Shown here piece after piece: positions 12,933 through 25,287 of a stretch of DNA of 51,658 nt. The translations under genes and the position numbers were made by a program. Below the pieces are notes generated by a model. The model was given only the letters and a program-made list of their open reading frames with translations. It did not search any database and was not told where the DNA came from. The stretch is from Pelomyxa schiedti (Eukaryota > Protista > Evosea): NCBI GenBank assembly GCA_020536535.1, contig JAHLWZ010000627.1, positions 1-51,658 of the forward strand, in the 5' to 3' direction. Position 1 is the first letter of the stretch; every line of letters begins with the position of its first letter.

Positions 12933-15013
12933 TCATGCTTTATACACAGAAAAAGGAATTTCTGCTGTGGTGGTGTGATTTGCTACTTTGTCAGTGACTG
13001 TCACACAGAGGTAGAAATTCCCAGTCCGTGTGTGCTGGAAATTTCCCAAGAAGGATATGACCACCAAGTTGGCCTGTTCAACCATGCTGCTGAGGCTCAT
13101 ACCCTTTTGCGGAAGAATTGGGACTGTATCCTTGATTTCAGTGGTAATGGGTTTCTCAAGTAGCATTTTCGTTGATGTGGCCTCTCGGATGTTGAAGGTC
13201 ATTTCTGGGTGAGAGGTTTTTTTAAATATCATGGGATAGAAGAAATACTCACTTCCATGAAGAACTTTTGAGGGATGGAAGCCAATACAAGACAGCTTAA
13301 ACCATGCACTTTCTCCAACACATCCTGCTAGTAGGCATTATTGAGTGTGGCAATGCATTTCGGGAAAATACAAATTGGCCCGTATGTGGTGCGTCCATGG
13401 TCTGTTTGTAATTAGAGATGGTATGGTTGCTTTGCTACAAAATCAAACCTGAGTTGAACGTAATGCGGGAGATTGTCACTTCGTTTGCTTTCTCAAAATT
13501 GAACGGTCTGTGAAAGGAAATTATTAGAGATGTTATGAGTGAAGCCAACCTTGAAAAATATGCTCTGTTGCCATTGCTGAGGTCCGTAACTTGGCAATAG
13601 AAGAAATAGCTGGAAATACATTAGGCTTCCAATCATTCATAGTAGTTCTTACCTCCCATAATCCATGCGGTCAGCAGAAATATTATAAGTTACATGAGCT
13701 TAAAGTAGGGTTGTTAATTGGGTTTGAGGACCACTTTTTCACATACTAGAATATTCTCCCGACCCCATAAAAAGTGTTGGAGTAGTCGAGTGTGTCGTTT
13801 GCTCAACCACATCACCAGTATCTGCTTCAGTGACTGAAATAACGGTTTCCAGGCGGCTGGCGCCACTGTCATTGCACGTCAGGCCATGCAAAGTAAAGCG
13901 ATAGCATATCTAGAACCAAGTTCAATTAACCGTTACAAGTATGCGGCGTAACCTCCCCGGCATGATTATAGGAGGTATTTGTTCTCAATATCCCATAAGG
14001 CCCCCCAGTTGTACACTCGATATCTGCATTTGTAGGTGAAATCAAATGAATAAAACGGTTAATTTTGAACCAGTAATTGAAAGAGGTGATGCAGTCGAGC
14101 CTACAAACAAAAGTTGGTGAACCGGAATGTGAAATAGAATAGCTAACCTTTAGGTTTCTCTGATTTGGAAAGGACCGTGACATCACTTCCAAGAGGATTT
14201 GGGGCAGTCAACTCAAATAACAGAGCGCCTGAATTAGAATTTACAGCCGGAGCACGCCGGCTCTTAGGTGAGCCAGGAGGAGGTGCACAATCTGTACCAA
14301 GGAATTCCTTGTCAACCCAACTATCTCGAATAATAGGCAGGGGGAAAAAAAAAGAAAGATATAAGGATGAAAAACCATGGCAACAAACCTCTGAATACCA
14401 CAGGAGTCACGGAAGCAGAGGCACCACTGTTAGAGCTCACACCGGAAGTTCCGGTGAGAAAGACAGGAGATACCGGCTGGGCCGCGACGGCCGGGGACGG
14501 GACCGAGGTGGCCGCGGCGAGGCTCGGCGTGGACGCGGAGACCGGGGAGCCCCCCCTGGGCGACGTGTGCGGCGACACGTTGGTGGTGGGGGTGAGCAGC
14601 AGCCCCGGGGTGCCGCCGGGCGTCCCGAGGCTCAGCAGCGTGCACACGCCACCCCCAGAGGTGGTGAGGCCGGACGAGGACGAGGAGGGGGGAGGGGGCG
14701 AGGTGGTGAAGGTGCGGGAGGAGGCCTGCGTGGAGATGGTGAAGGGGGAGACGGGGGGCGGCGACGTGGTGTTGCGCTGCTGCTGCTGCTGCGTGTATTG
14801 GTTGGTGAACATGGAGCCGGTGGGGGAGGTGGTCCCGCCATTCGTGGGGGATAGCGGCCGGCCCCCTCCGCCCGTGGACACGGTGTTGAAGAAGGACGTG
14901 GATGACGAGGAAGATGAGGATGAGGAGTCGTCGGAAAGGAGTTGGAAGGATACTTTGGGGGTGGCGGATCTGCTTCGAGATCGCGTTGCCCCGGACGTGG
15001 GTGGTGCCAACAT
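12933..15013 (-). CDS. Unknown protein: Ser/Thr/Pro-rich N-terminus plus two predicted Ig-like beta-sandwich domains
   Basis: ORFs 14321..15148 (ATG 15013), 13926..14192 and 12933..13232 link through GT-AG introns. Alternating beta-strand patterns include YFFYCQVTDLSNGNRAYFSRPF and GNFYLCVTVTDKVANHTTTAEIPFSV. Confidence 0.7.
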
Positions 15014-15296
15014 CTCTGTGTCTCTAATGTTACTCTGTTGGTTCCCTTTTGTTTGATACTGTGTTCGTTTGGTGACCAAACGGCGAACCGGCGAAACGGT
15101 GAAACCAAAAACTCGCCGGATCTTGGCATCTGCAGACACCCCTTTCAAGCTCTATCCTCATGCTCCATGCTTCCCACAATTTCCTAGTGCGTGGCCGAAC
15201 CTGTACTAGTCCCTCAGGCCCTATCTCCTCTGCTACGGGTCTCACCGGACTTCGCGAAAAACCAAAAAAACCGACACAACACCAGGTGACGTGTGA

Positions 15297-16478
15297 ATGG
15301 GCAAAAAGTTAGACGGTGTGCGGGTTCTTTCTCGTTGGTGGCTTGTTGTCTTTTTGCTCATCCCATGATTAGTATTAAAGGAAGTTGTTGCGGCCATTAT
15401 AGGCGTTGGCGGGTGCTACGGCGGCCGCTTGGCTATTTACATTATTTTGACCTTCAACATCTATGTGTATAACTGGTAAATTTGTTGTTCAGTTTTCACA
15501 CAAGTATTCAGTGTTGTTGTCGTGCAGTAGTGGCCTTTCTTTTTAAGTGTCTTTTTTGCCTTCATGAATGGTTATTAAAAGTAAGGGCAAACTTGCTTTA
15601 TGACCAAGAGGCTACTTATGAACTGATAGAGCACAACTCGTTTGTTCCTCCTTTGTCTGACGACTGCTATGCTTGGTCTGATGTTACTACCCCTTCCTAT
15701 GTGACCATGTGATCACAAATTCTTATCATTTACTAGGTTCACTGCAATAGTACTGATTTCATACTTGAACAAAAGGACGCCTACAACACAGTCACATTGA
15801 CTGGATTATACTCCGTTGTGTTGCTGTGTGTGATGTGCCTACTTGTGGCAATATGCATGGTTCTTGACCTTTACCTCATTCTCAAGCCGCCTGAACCCAT
15901 CTTCATCAATGGAATTTCCTCTCTTGGTGTACCAACACAGGCACTGGAAGTGCTGAAGACACTCAAACGTGAGGGAGTTTCAATTAGGCGAATTGTGATT
16001 CTAGTACTCATGTTCATATTTTGTGCCATTCCCCTCGCTTCAATTGGAGTATTGTATGTAATGTCGACAACTCTTACCAAAGTTACCAAAAAAAAAAAGG
16101 TGGTATATTCTTGTTCACGAATCGTTTCAGATCGATATTTTGAACATCTCTGGTAGATTTTATGTAATTATCACGATGAGCAATAACGCGAGCACAGGAA
16201 TATACCCAGACCACTGTGTTTGTGTATACGCATATAAGGACGATTGGGGCAAGTCCCAATTTCTTAATTCAGTAACTGGGTCCCTAATGCTCTCCTGGTG
16301 CTTTCTATGCTCTTGCCTGTGTTGGGCCACTGGCACTATTTATTCCAAAACATCCTTCATGGCTTGTGTTCGCCCACCTATTTTCCTCCAAGTGATCACC
16401 AGGCCACCCATAAAAATTGGTTCAGGAGCAACCACAGCCCCTCCAACAGAAGACACACCTTTAACAGGCCAAATATGA
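15297..16478 (+). CDS. Multi-pass membrane protein, tandem paralog A
   Basis: Spliced ORF with about 4 hydrophobic helices and Cys-containing loops (YDQEATY, CYAWSD/VHCNSTD, CVCVYAYKDDWGKSQFLNS). Homologous to 16598-17641. Confidence 0.8.
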
Positions 16479-16597
16479 CGTCATTCTTTTTCCACGTTTT
16501 GCCGGCTTTCTGCCAGAAAGCACGGGAGTTCCAAGTTGGCCAAACTTGATTTTTTTGTTGTTTTCTTCTTTTGAGAACGAAACAAAGGAAGAAAAAA

Positions 16598-17641
16598 ATG
16601 GTGCCACTCAAGGAGCAGGCTGTTGTGTGTCGTAGGTTTTGTTTCTTTAACTTTCTGCTAACAATAACGTAGTGCGCAAATTGAAACTACTTATTCCAGC
16701 TGCCATTTCTGCTGGGTCCTGTTATGGTAGCCGCATGGCTGTTTATGTGGTTTTGATGTGGAATGTTGGGCATTCTGCCTGGTAACGTAATTTTTTGCAA
16801 TTGGTTTCTGAGGAAAAATCAGGTTACATGCACAGTATGACCAGGAGGTTACTTACAGACTTATTGCGAAAAGTGAGGATCCCCATTTTTCTGAGTGCTA
16901 TGCCTGGGCAGATGTAAGTACTCCGTGCTTTAAAGAAAATTCACATAATTTTCTAGGTTCACTGCAACAGCACAGACTATCTCCGTGGACAGAAGGAGTC
17001 GAAGAACATTCTTTTAGAGCCGGAGAATGATCTTGGTGCTGTGTGGGCAGTGGTGGCATGCTTTGGTGGCGCTGCCTTTTGCTTGGACTGTTATCTTGCT
17101 TTGAAACAACCTATCTTTATCGCCGGAGTTTCCTCCCTTAGTCTTCCCACACAAGCTTGGAAGGTGCTGATGGAATTTAAAGGCGGAGGAAAGCGAATCT
17201 GGAAAGTTGCTACTATCTTGCTATTTAGTTCCATTCCACTTCTGGCAATTGGAGCATTGTATGTGTCATCTCACATTCCCTAGACCCACCCCCCCCCCAA
17301 AAAAAAAAGGTGGTATGTTCTTGTTCGGAAGTCCCCACAGATTATTGTCCACAAAGCACTGCCAGGTAATTGGGCCTGCCGATTTTTCCCCCAAACAACA
17401 ACCCACGATACATTCAGGAACAGGCGGCAGTTGTATCTGTGCCTTTCAGTACGAAGAGGATTGGGGCAGAGCCCAGTTTCTCAACTCAATAGCTGGATCT
17501 ATCCTACTCTCCCTGTGCTTCTTGCGTTGCACGTTGTGCTGGGTCACCGGCACAATTTACTCCAACACCTGCTTCCTGTCCTACAAGACAAAGGAAAACA
17601 CCCCTCTTACACCGGATATTCAGTTGGGCGGCTTGCTGTGA
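16598..17641 (+). CDS. Multi-pass membrane protein, tandem paralog B
   Basis: Same motifs (YDQEVTY, CYAWAD/VHCNSTD, CICAFQYEEDWGRAQFLNS, CWVTGTIYS) and the same intron positions as paralog A. Confidence 0.8.
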
Positions 17642-17807
17642 CTAGTGATAAAAGTCTCGAGGCAGATTAGTCACTTCGGTGAACAATCTCACCACCAGAC
17701 CATCACTGCTGGCGATCAGAACGAATTTAATTCTTGTGATACAGAAATTAATAGAGTTCTGGTCTGGTGGTTGACTTGAAAAAGTTTATTTCTTTTGCTT
17801 TTACATT

Positions 17808-20800
17808 TTACATACTCTCTGCCTTGACTTGCATGCAAACAAGTAGGCGAGGGCCTTGTGATGTTGCACACCACACAACCAAGTCGCTACCCACACCACC
17901 AAGGCATTTGCTCACATTGGCCGGTGTGTAGCAGGGTAGTATTTGCCCAAGCACTAGTTTGCCCAGGCCAGTCAATCGGGCGCTTGGGTGCATAACCCGG
18001 GATATTGGGGTCATGTCAGCAACATGTGTCACATGAAGCTGCAGCTCCCCGCCTTGCTGCGTGTGTGTGATTGCTATCAGGTTTCCCGAAGTATCTCCAG
18101 CCCAGACAATAGCCAGTCCCGGAGCTGTGCTCATACAGGTGAGGGATATGTTTACGGGTATTGAGTGGGATGCGGAAGGAGTCGCCGGCGGGGAACGAGG
18201 AGGGATCGGTGTTGTTGGGGGTGTGCGGGGAGGAGCCGGGGAGGTCGGGGGTACAGCTATTGAGAGGGAGGGTGGTGGCGATGATGATGGGGGTGTCTCG
18301 AATAGGCACGAGGGTGAGGTGGTGGATGAAGGCCGCAGGGGCGACGGCGAGGAGGGAGGGGTATATGGCACTGGGGACGTCAGAGAGTCCATCAATGCCG
18401 ATGCTAACGGGGGTGCTGTTGGAATGTTGGCAAACCCTAGTAGATGTGAACGGCTTGTATCGCACGCTACTATGTAGGGGCCAGCGTTGAAAAAAACGAT
18501 TTTGCCCTTGGAACAAGAGCATGTCACTGGTATATCCACTCCACAACCAGGAAGAATGCTCTCTGACAGGCTTATTGTGCTCATAACCATGAGGCGTTCA
18601 GCATTGACGAGGAGGATGCTACCGCGGGATCCAACGCAGACAAGATGGGAGCCTTCAGACTGCACGAGACAAAGTGGTGCGTGCTCTTTGTCCAGGAGTA
18701 CCTATGTTTTTAAGAAAAAGATTGGAGAACTACTCCAAAAAGCCTTACCTTCCCAGAGAGTGTTCCACTTTTCGTATCACAGACGCTTATTGCCGGTTCA
18801 GTCTCAGATGCACTCCACACAGAAGTGAAGTCGCCAACCTTTGTAACATGAGCGGGACAAAAATCATGAGCAGTTACCTGAACAGTAGCAAGGGCTTTGC
18901 ATCCATGCTTTGGGGGGTGGACTGGAAGTTCACTTCCCACAGTTCTCAACCCTGGGTGCACACAAGAAAGAATTGGAGAAACAGTCGAACCACACCACAC
19001 CAGTCCTCCTGATAAGGCCATTGATGTTATTTTCGAGGCATGGCCCCTGATAGCAGCACTGTAGTAAGGAGCAAGTGGGGCAAATATTATGATGAAACCA
19101 TCATCGCAGCCACACCACACGCGCTCATCACTTGTATCAAACAGGAGGGCTGTGACACGCCTGCCCTTATCAGGCTCAACGGCTGATTTTCCTGACAGTA
19201 GAATTTCTTGGGGTGTGGGTTCTGGAATTCCACAAAGAAGATGATTTGCGGTAGGTCCAACAACCCCAGCACCAAGTGACAAAGAAGCTCTTGAAGTCTC
19301 AGCAGAAGACTCCAAAGTAGTTTCAGAGCTCGGGCCACTATTGCCAAGATTGGCTGCTGCAGAAATTTGCAGTCCGCGTTTATTTGCAACAATCGTGGCC
19401 AGAACAGCAACGGCCTGTGATGCTGGAGGTCTGATTCGGGGCTCATGTGCCCACAGCTGCTGGGCAAGGGTGGTGAATTCATGTGGAGTGCTGGGTGGAA
19501 ATGTAGGTCTCAGTCCTTCTAACACCCGACTACGGATTTTCAACTCATTCAAGCCTTCACCCTTGCGCATTTCTTTGACTTCCCAGAGCTCATCATAAGG
19601 TTTACATCTTGCTGCAATTTCATACATCACCATTCCCTACAATATGTTTGGCTTAATTATGGTGTCAATTAACATGTACTTAGGGGACTGGGAGTAAGCA
19701 AACCAAGGAATACATGTCAGAGTTTAGTGTATAAGTCAGAGCGCCAGGTTTATTTGTTTCTGGAGCCATCCATTGCCAAGCACCAACTGTTCCGGCTACA
19801 TCTGGAAGTACCCAAGTCGCAAGACCAAACTTAATAATATTAGCATTGTTTAAAGCTTTTCCAGGCTTCATTCATACATCTGCTAGTTTGGCATGAATAG
19901 GTGCCTCAAGATCGAGTGAAAACAGAAAAATATTTGGACTTCTCAAATCTCTGAAAACGAATAAGGTGGTAGAAAGGTGGGGATTAGGAACCTGTGTAAG
20001 ATAGGGTGAGGTTTTAGTTGGTGCAAGTACTGCAGGCCTTTGGCAACTTCAAGAGTTATCAAAAATCGCAAATCCCAGCTCACCTAACAAATTTTTGTTA
20101 AGGTTTACCCGGCTGTTTTGAAATTTGTTGGAAGTACCTGAAAAGTAAAATCTTCTTCTTCTGGGTGTGTGTTACTTAGGTCTTTTCTTTGTGTGAGGAT
20201 TTTATATAAATCTCCTAACTCAGCAAGCTCTAGTATCATCCGCAGAGGCTTTTGAAGGCAGACCCCATACAATTTCAAGAGATAGTCACATTTCAAACTA
20301 CACATGATGCTAGCTTCAGAGTAGAAGGAATCAAAATCTTCTGTATCTGTTTCTTGTATGAGTTCCTTGACGGCAATTTTGTGTTCCTTCCAGGTGCCTC
20401 TGTAGACCTCTTTTATTAAGATCAGCCTAAAACGAAAGAAAAACGAATATGTTGATGCCTACTTCCAAATCCACCTTGCCCAATTAGACCTTCAATAACA
20501 AGCTCTTCCACAGGGATTAACTGTTGTTTTTGTAACTCAAGTTCGGGTAAAAGCTCGTAGATGAGAATGGCATGTTGTCGTGTGGAACATTGAAGCACAG
20601 ATTCACCATTTGTAAGGGAAATGACTATTTCTTCCCTGGAGAATACCGATTGAGGTGTATCTGTTGCACGAACTGGTGCAGGGCACTCAGGACAGGCAAC
20701 TAGTTGATGAATTGAACTTTTCATGGTGGAATAAAAGCAGTTGAGAGAATTTTCGAGGGCATGAAGGACAGAAACGAGAAGTGCCGGCTTTTGGCCTTTG

Positions 20801-23800
20801 GGTACACGGCACAAGATAGTGAGTTCATGTGTGCTTCCTGTGATTATCCAAAATTAGTGAAGTACATTTGCTTTTAAAAGTTGTTACCTGCAAGTTGCTT
20901 GAAAGTTACCTTAACGAGTTGAGTTGATTCTGACTTGCTGCTCAATACTATACCATTCCTCCAGTAGATGGTCCGACCAATTTGTGGAAGGTGCAAAATT
21001 CTTGCTAATAGTCTCCCCATCAGCCCCATTGGCACTGATTGGAAGAGGAATCTTCTGGAATGTTGCTGAAAGCTATGCGGGGATACGGTAGCTGGCCACA
21101 AGGCATCTGATTCCACTGAGGGTTCGTTGATGGGCAAAAGGCAGGGAACCAAGTACTCTGCTGCCATATTCTTTCCCTCTGCTAGGCTGCGATCAAGTGG
21201 ATACAGAATATTGAATTTCTCCAGTAAGGATAGCATGGTGGCATGTGAAGCAGGTGGAAAAGACTTCCACAGTAATGGGAGTGCTGCAGCAACTAATCTG
21301 CCGTCTCGGACAAGGTTTGACTTGAAGGTTACGATTGTACTGCAAACTGAGGCAAGATAATTTGGGTCAATGACAACCAGTGAAGCAAGATCTGAAGTAG
21401 CATCATCAAAATGAAGAAGTGAGCCAACTTCATGGAGAAATTTGACAGCATCTTTGGCTTTACTGGGGTCTTCAACACCACATGAAGAAGCTAGAGACAA
21501 ATAGTCTTTCCAAGAAAGTACTTTGTGGCCTTGTTGCCTTCTGTCTGATATCACTTGAGAGATTGATACCCATCGAGAGGGCACCTGCGCAAAGTGGGCC
21601 GTGAGTTCGCAGGGAGGGAACTGTCAAGAAAGTTACCTGCATTCTAAGCATATTATAGGTTGTGGCAATTCCAATCAGTTTGGTTATTAGAGGATCTGAT
21701 GACCCTGGTGGCTGTACGGCACTCAGAAGAAGCACTCCTTCGATCTTCAAATCTTTGCGGTTTTTGTATTCAGCAAGAAGACGGTTCTGCAATTCCTCTT
21801 GTGGAATGGATGAAGGTAGTTTATCTGCATGTGTTCCTACAAGCAAAATAGGAGGTTTCAGTAATCCTCGGCAATTAGCGATTTGCTGCAGCCAATGTTC
21901 AATAGAGTTCCGATAATCCTCTGTAGTGCAGTTGAAGATAACCTTAGGAGGAAAGTGTATATCATTTTGATGGGAGCTAGGACTAATTACCATGTACAAG
22001 GATCTTCCAGTCAAGAAAAATTGATGGGTTTCAAAAAAAATGCCTTCATTGACTTTAATGTAGTAAAAGAAATCCTTAATATGTACTTTGTCCTCCAAAA
22101 TCAAATGCAGAGAAGGAAATATCTTGAAGTACAAGATTTGAAACTTCCACGCCATCTGCCCAGATAAAAGTGAATGACTGGTTGTCAATGAGAGTGAAAA
22201 TACCAGTTGAATAACCGTCGTGTCGCTTGCCTTGCAGACGACGAAGGATTGTTGTCTTCCCAACATTTTCCTGAATATTGCCATTAATTTCACATGAAAC
22301 CACGAACAGGAATTACCTTCCCAACCAGAACCAACTTTATTGTCGTCCATCGCACTGTACTATTGGTTGCCTGCTCTTCCAGATAGCTTTTTTACATATA
22401 TGAGTGGTTGGACAACAGAGGAAGTAAATTAAAACCGGCAAAGTGCATCAGTATCATGTAGTACTGTTTCAGGGATAACATAGCGGTTGTTCAAAAAAAT
22501 TATTTCAACCTAATTTTGTTTGGAAATTACTAGAATGCAAGAGGAGGCTACCTTCGGATTTCGAAACAAAGTCACCAGTGTGTATGGAAGCCGTTCAAGC
22601 TGTAGAATAGTTATTCATTCCTTTTTCTTGAGGATGCACCTCAAACCTCGTTGTGTGAAAAATTGAGCATGGTAATTGAAGGAAGACTTCCAAACTCCAA
22701 TGGCAATTGTGTTATAACGTTGTTTTGAAGCTACGTATTTGGGATAAGTTTATTGTTTTTCCTGTGGTAACAAGTAAAATACACACGTTGAGGGAAGTGA
22801 GACTGACTAACTTCAAGATGGAGTCTGGGATCACCGGGATATGGTTGTCTGAGAAGTATATATTGTTCAGGTCCGTGTTGTATTAGGGGAGTGAATACAT
22901 GAAAGGTCCAATGAATTCAGGCAAGTAAGTTCGGTTAATTCAATAGGGAAGGCACAAAGAAGATTGTGAGACAGGTGCAACTTTGTGAGACCCTTAACTT
23001 TGAAAATTTCTAGTTTTGAGTTAAATTGAGAATCGAAGAAATATGTCAACCAGGGGGAACAACACTAAGTAGGCACTTTTTCATTTCACAGACATATGGG
23101 GGACTTTGTACTTTGGATAATTCTTCAGCAACACACTTTTTGGCCGCTATTAATGCCGTCATATAGTGTAACTTCTGAGTGAAAAAACAAACTTGTTGGC
23201 AAAGCACTGTTCTGTTCCACAATGTTGCTAATTGATATCCAATCAGAAGCAGCCAATAAACTTGTTACATTGTTCTTAATAGTTTTGATTACGGTGTTAT
23301 GCTTCATGGCTTTGGAGAGGGCAGAAACACCAACGTCACCAATGCGAGTGTCTATTTTGTGACTTCAGTTTTTCTTTTGTTAAAAAAACCAAAAGACCAG
23401 AAATGTCTAGATAGGTCAGAGTAACATTGTGACGTATGGCATCAGCAAGGGCAATAGCACCAGCAGAGGCAAATTGGTTGTCTGGTGGGAATAAAATGCG
23501 GGTTCATTATTAACAAAGGCAATTCTCCTTTCCCTAAAGTAGTAATACTCACAGGAGAGTTCAAGGGTTTTCAGAGAAGTATTGTATTTTAGTGCGTCAG
23601 AAATTTTAACAATTCCCGTGTCTCCAAAAAAGTTTCCTTTGTGCATGTCAGTCAGTATCATCGAGAGTATGGAGGAAGAAATCATACTGGAAATATCCAA
23701 TACTTGAACTGTCTTATTGACAGAAATCAATGTTGCCACAGCTTGAGCTGCTTCTGAATCCATTTTGTTAACTTATTGAATAAGTTTTCAGTAAACCATG

Positions 23801-25089
23801 TTGGTTTTTTCTTTTTGGATGTAGAAATAGATGGAGGAATGTACATGCTAGATTTAGAGCAGTGATAGAAACATTGTGAGCCATTGCATCTGCCAGTACC
23901 TCTACACTCGGTTTGGTGAATTCATTGCCTACAGAAAATAGATGAGATGACTGCAAATTCAAACACGTGGAAACCTGCTACGTGTAATATTTTTAGAGAG
24001 TTATTTCGTTTTAGGACTTCAGCAATTGCAGATAAACCAGTGTCATTTATGTTGTTGTCTGAATAGTATTTAGCTCTCAAAAACAGAGTGCTTGTAATAA
24101 CTTGAAAGGTCCAGGCCATGGAGTGTCGGAAGTGATGAAATGGCGTCACAAATTGCCATCACATTTGTAAAGCAATTTCCTTGTTTGCAGCGATCACTAC
24201 TAATGGCTTGGGGACTGATGAAGAGTGTTGTGGTGGTGGAAGAGACGCAAGGGAGAAGGCACTGCCACCATACCAGAGAGATCCAAGGCAGCAATCTTAT
24301 TGTAAATCTTGAGCCCCTGTACGAGGGCTTCCATACTTTCGTTATCAAGTGATGTTCCTTGAAACATTCCATTAAGAGCGTTGAAGGATTTCCATGTCAC
24401 ACATGCCTGATAGGCACAAAGTCGTGACCGCAAAATAAGGTTGCCTCATTGCTGTGGTAATGGCCACCACCCCAGCAGTGCCCAATTTGATATCTGGATT
24501 GTCACACAACAAAGCTTGTGTTAAAAAGGAGATACAAAATCAAAGCACTCAAAAACCCACTTGAAAAAGAAATGCTCTTCATTCCACGCAAGTACTTGAG
24601 CACAGCCAACACATTTACAGCCCCAGTGACTGTAAGTTGCGTTTCTGCAAGCAATACCAGTTAACAATCAACAATTATCCCCCAAGAGAAAAGGAGTGGA
24701 GGCAGAGAAATAATATGGCAAACTGGATAAATCCAAAGCTGTCAAAGTAGGCACTGCTTTCAACTTGTCAATCAAATCAGAGACACACTCATCACCGAAT
24801 TTCATGGCGGAGAGGTTGCACGTGATCGGAGAAGAGGCGATTTTTTGTTTGACATCCTGGGAGCACGTGGGGTTAAAAAGCAGAACCCAAATGAATGTAA
24901 GTAACAATTGCCAGTGGGGGGGAGAGGCGAGCAAATGGGGGGGTTCCCAGGAGGGTTGTCTACACACGGGAGGCAACCGTGACGACATGAGTGAGATCTC
25001 TCGTTACTTCTGTCTGTTAACTGGCCTGATCGATGATCACGAAGTGCCAAAGGGCGAGATTCTGCCTGCTTGCGTGTGGCCCTGTCCAT
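17808..25089 (-). CDS. ROCO family protein kinase (RI-like LRRs - LRRs - Roc GTPase - COR - TKL kinase - WD40-like); start approximate
   Basis: Roc: KLVLVGK/ENVGKTT, FDFGGQ, THQFFLT, LVGTHAD. COR: AVKFLHEVGSLLHF...VVIDP. Kinase: GQGGFG/KVY, AVKEL, H/RDLRSPN, DFG, WMAPE. C-terminal beta-propeller-like VWCGCDDG and VWAGDTSG. Confidence 0.93.
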
Positions 25090-25287
25090 GCTCAATCTAC
25101 TCGAGGATTGGTGGCTGCGGACTCACAACAAGTTCTAATGGAGAGTCTGTGAGTCGATTGGAAGGGGAGTTCTCAGAGTGGTGAGAGATAATAGATCTGC
25201 CCCTGTCGCGGAAGCATCGGAGAAGAAGCATAAAAAATCGAGGCAATCCAATCACAGAAGTAATAATTGTAACAAAAAGAAGGCGCA

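Noticed and set aside
14165-15056. Long plus-strand ORFs (229 aa each)
   Set aside because: Antisense shadows of a GC-rich low-complexity first exon on the minus strand.
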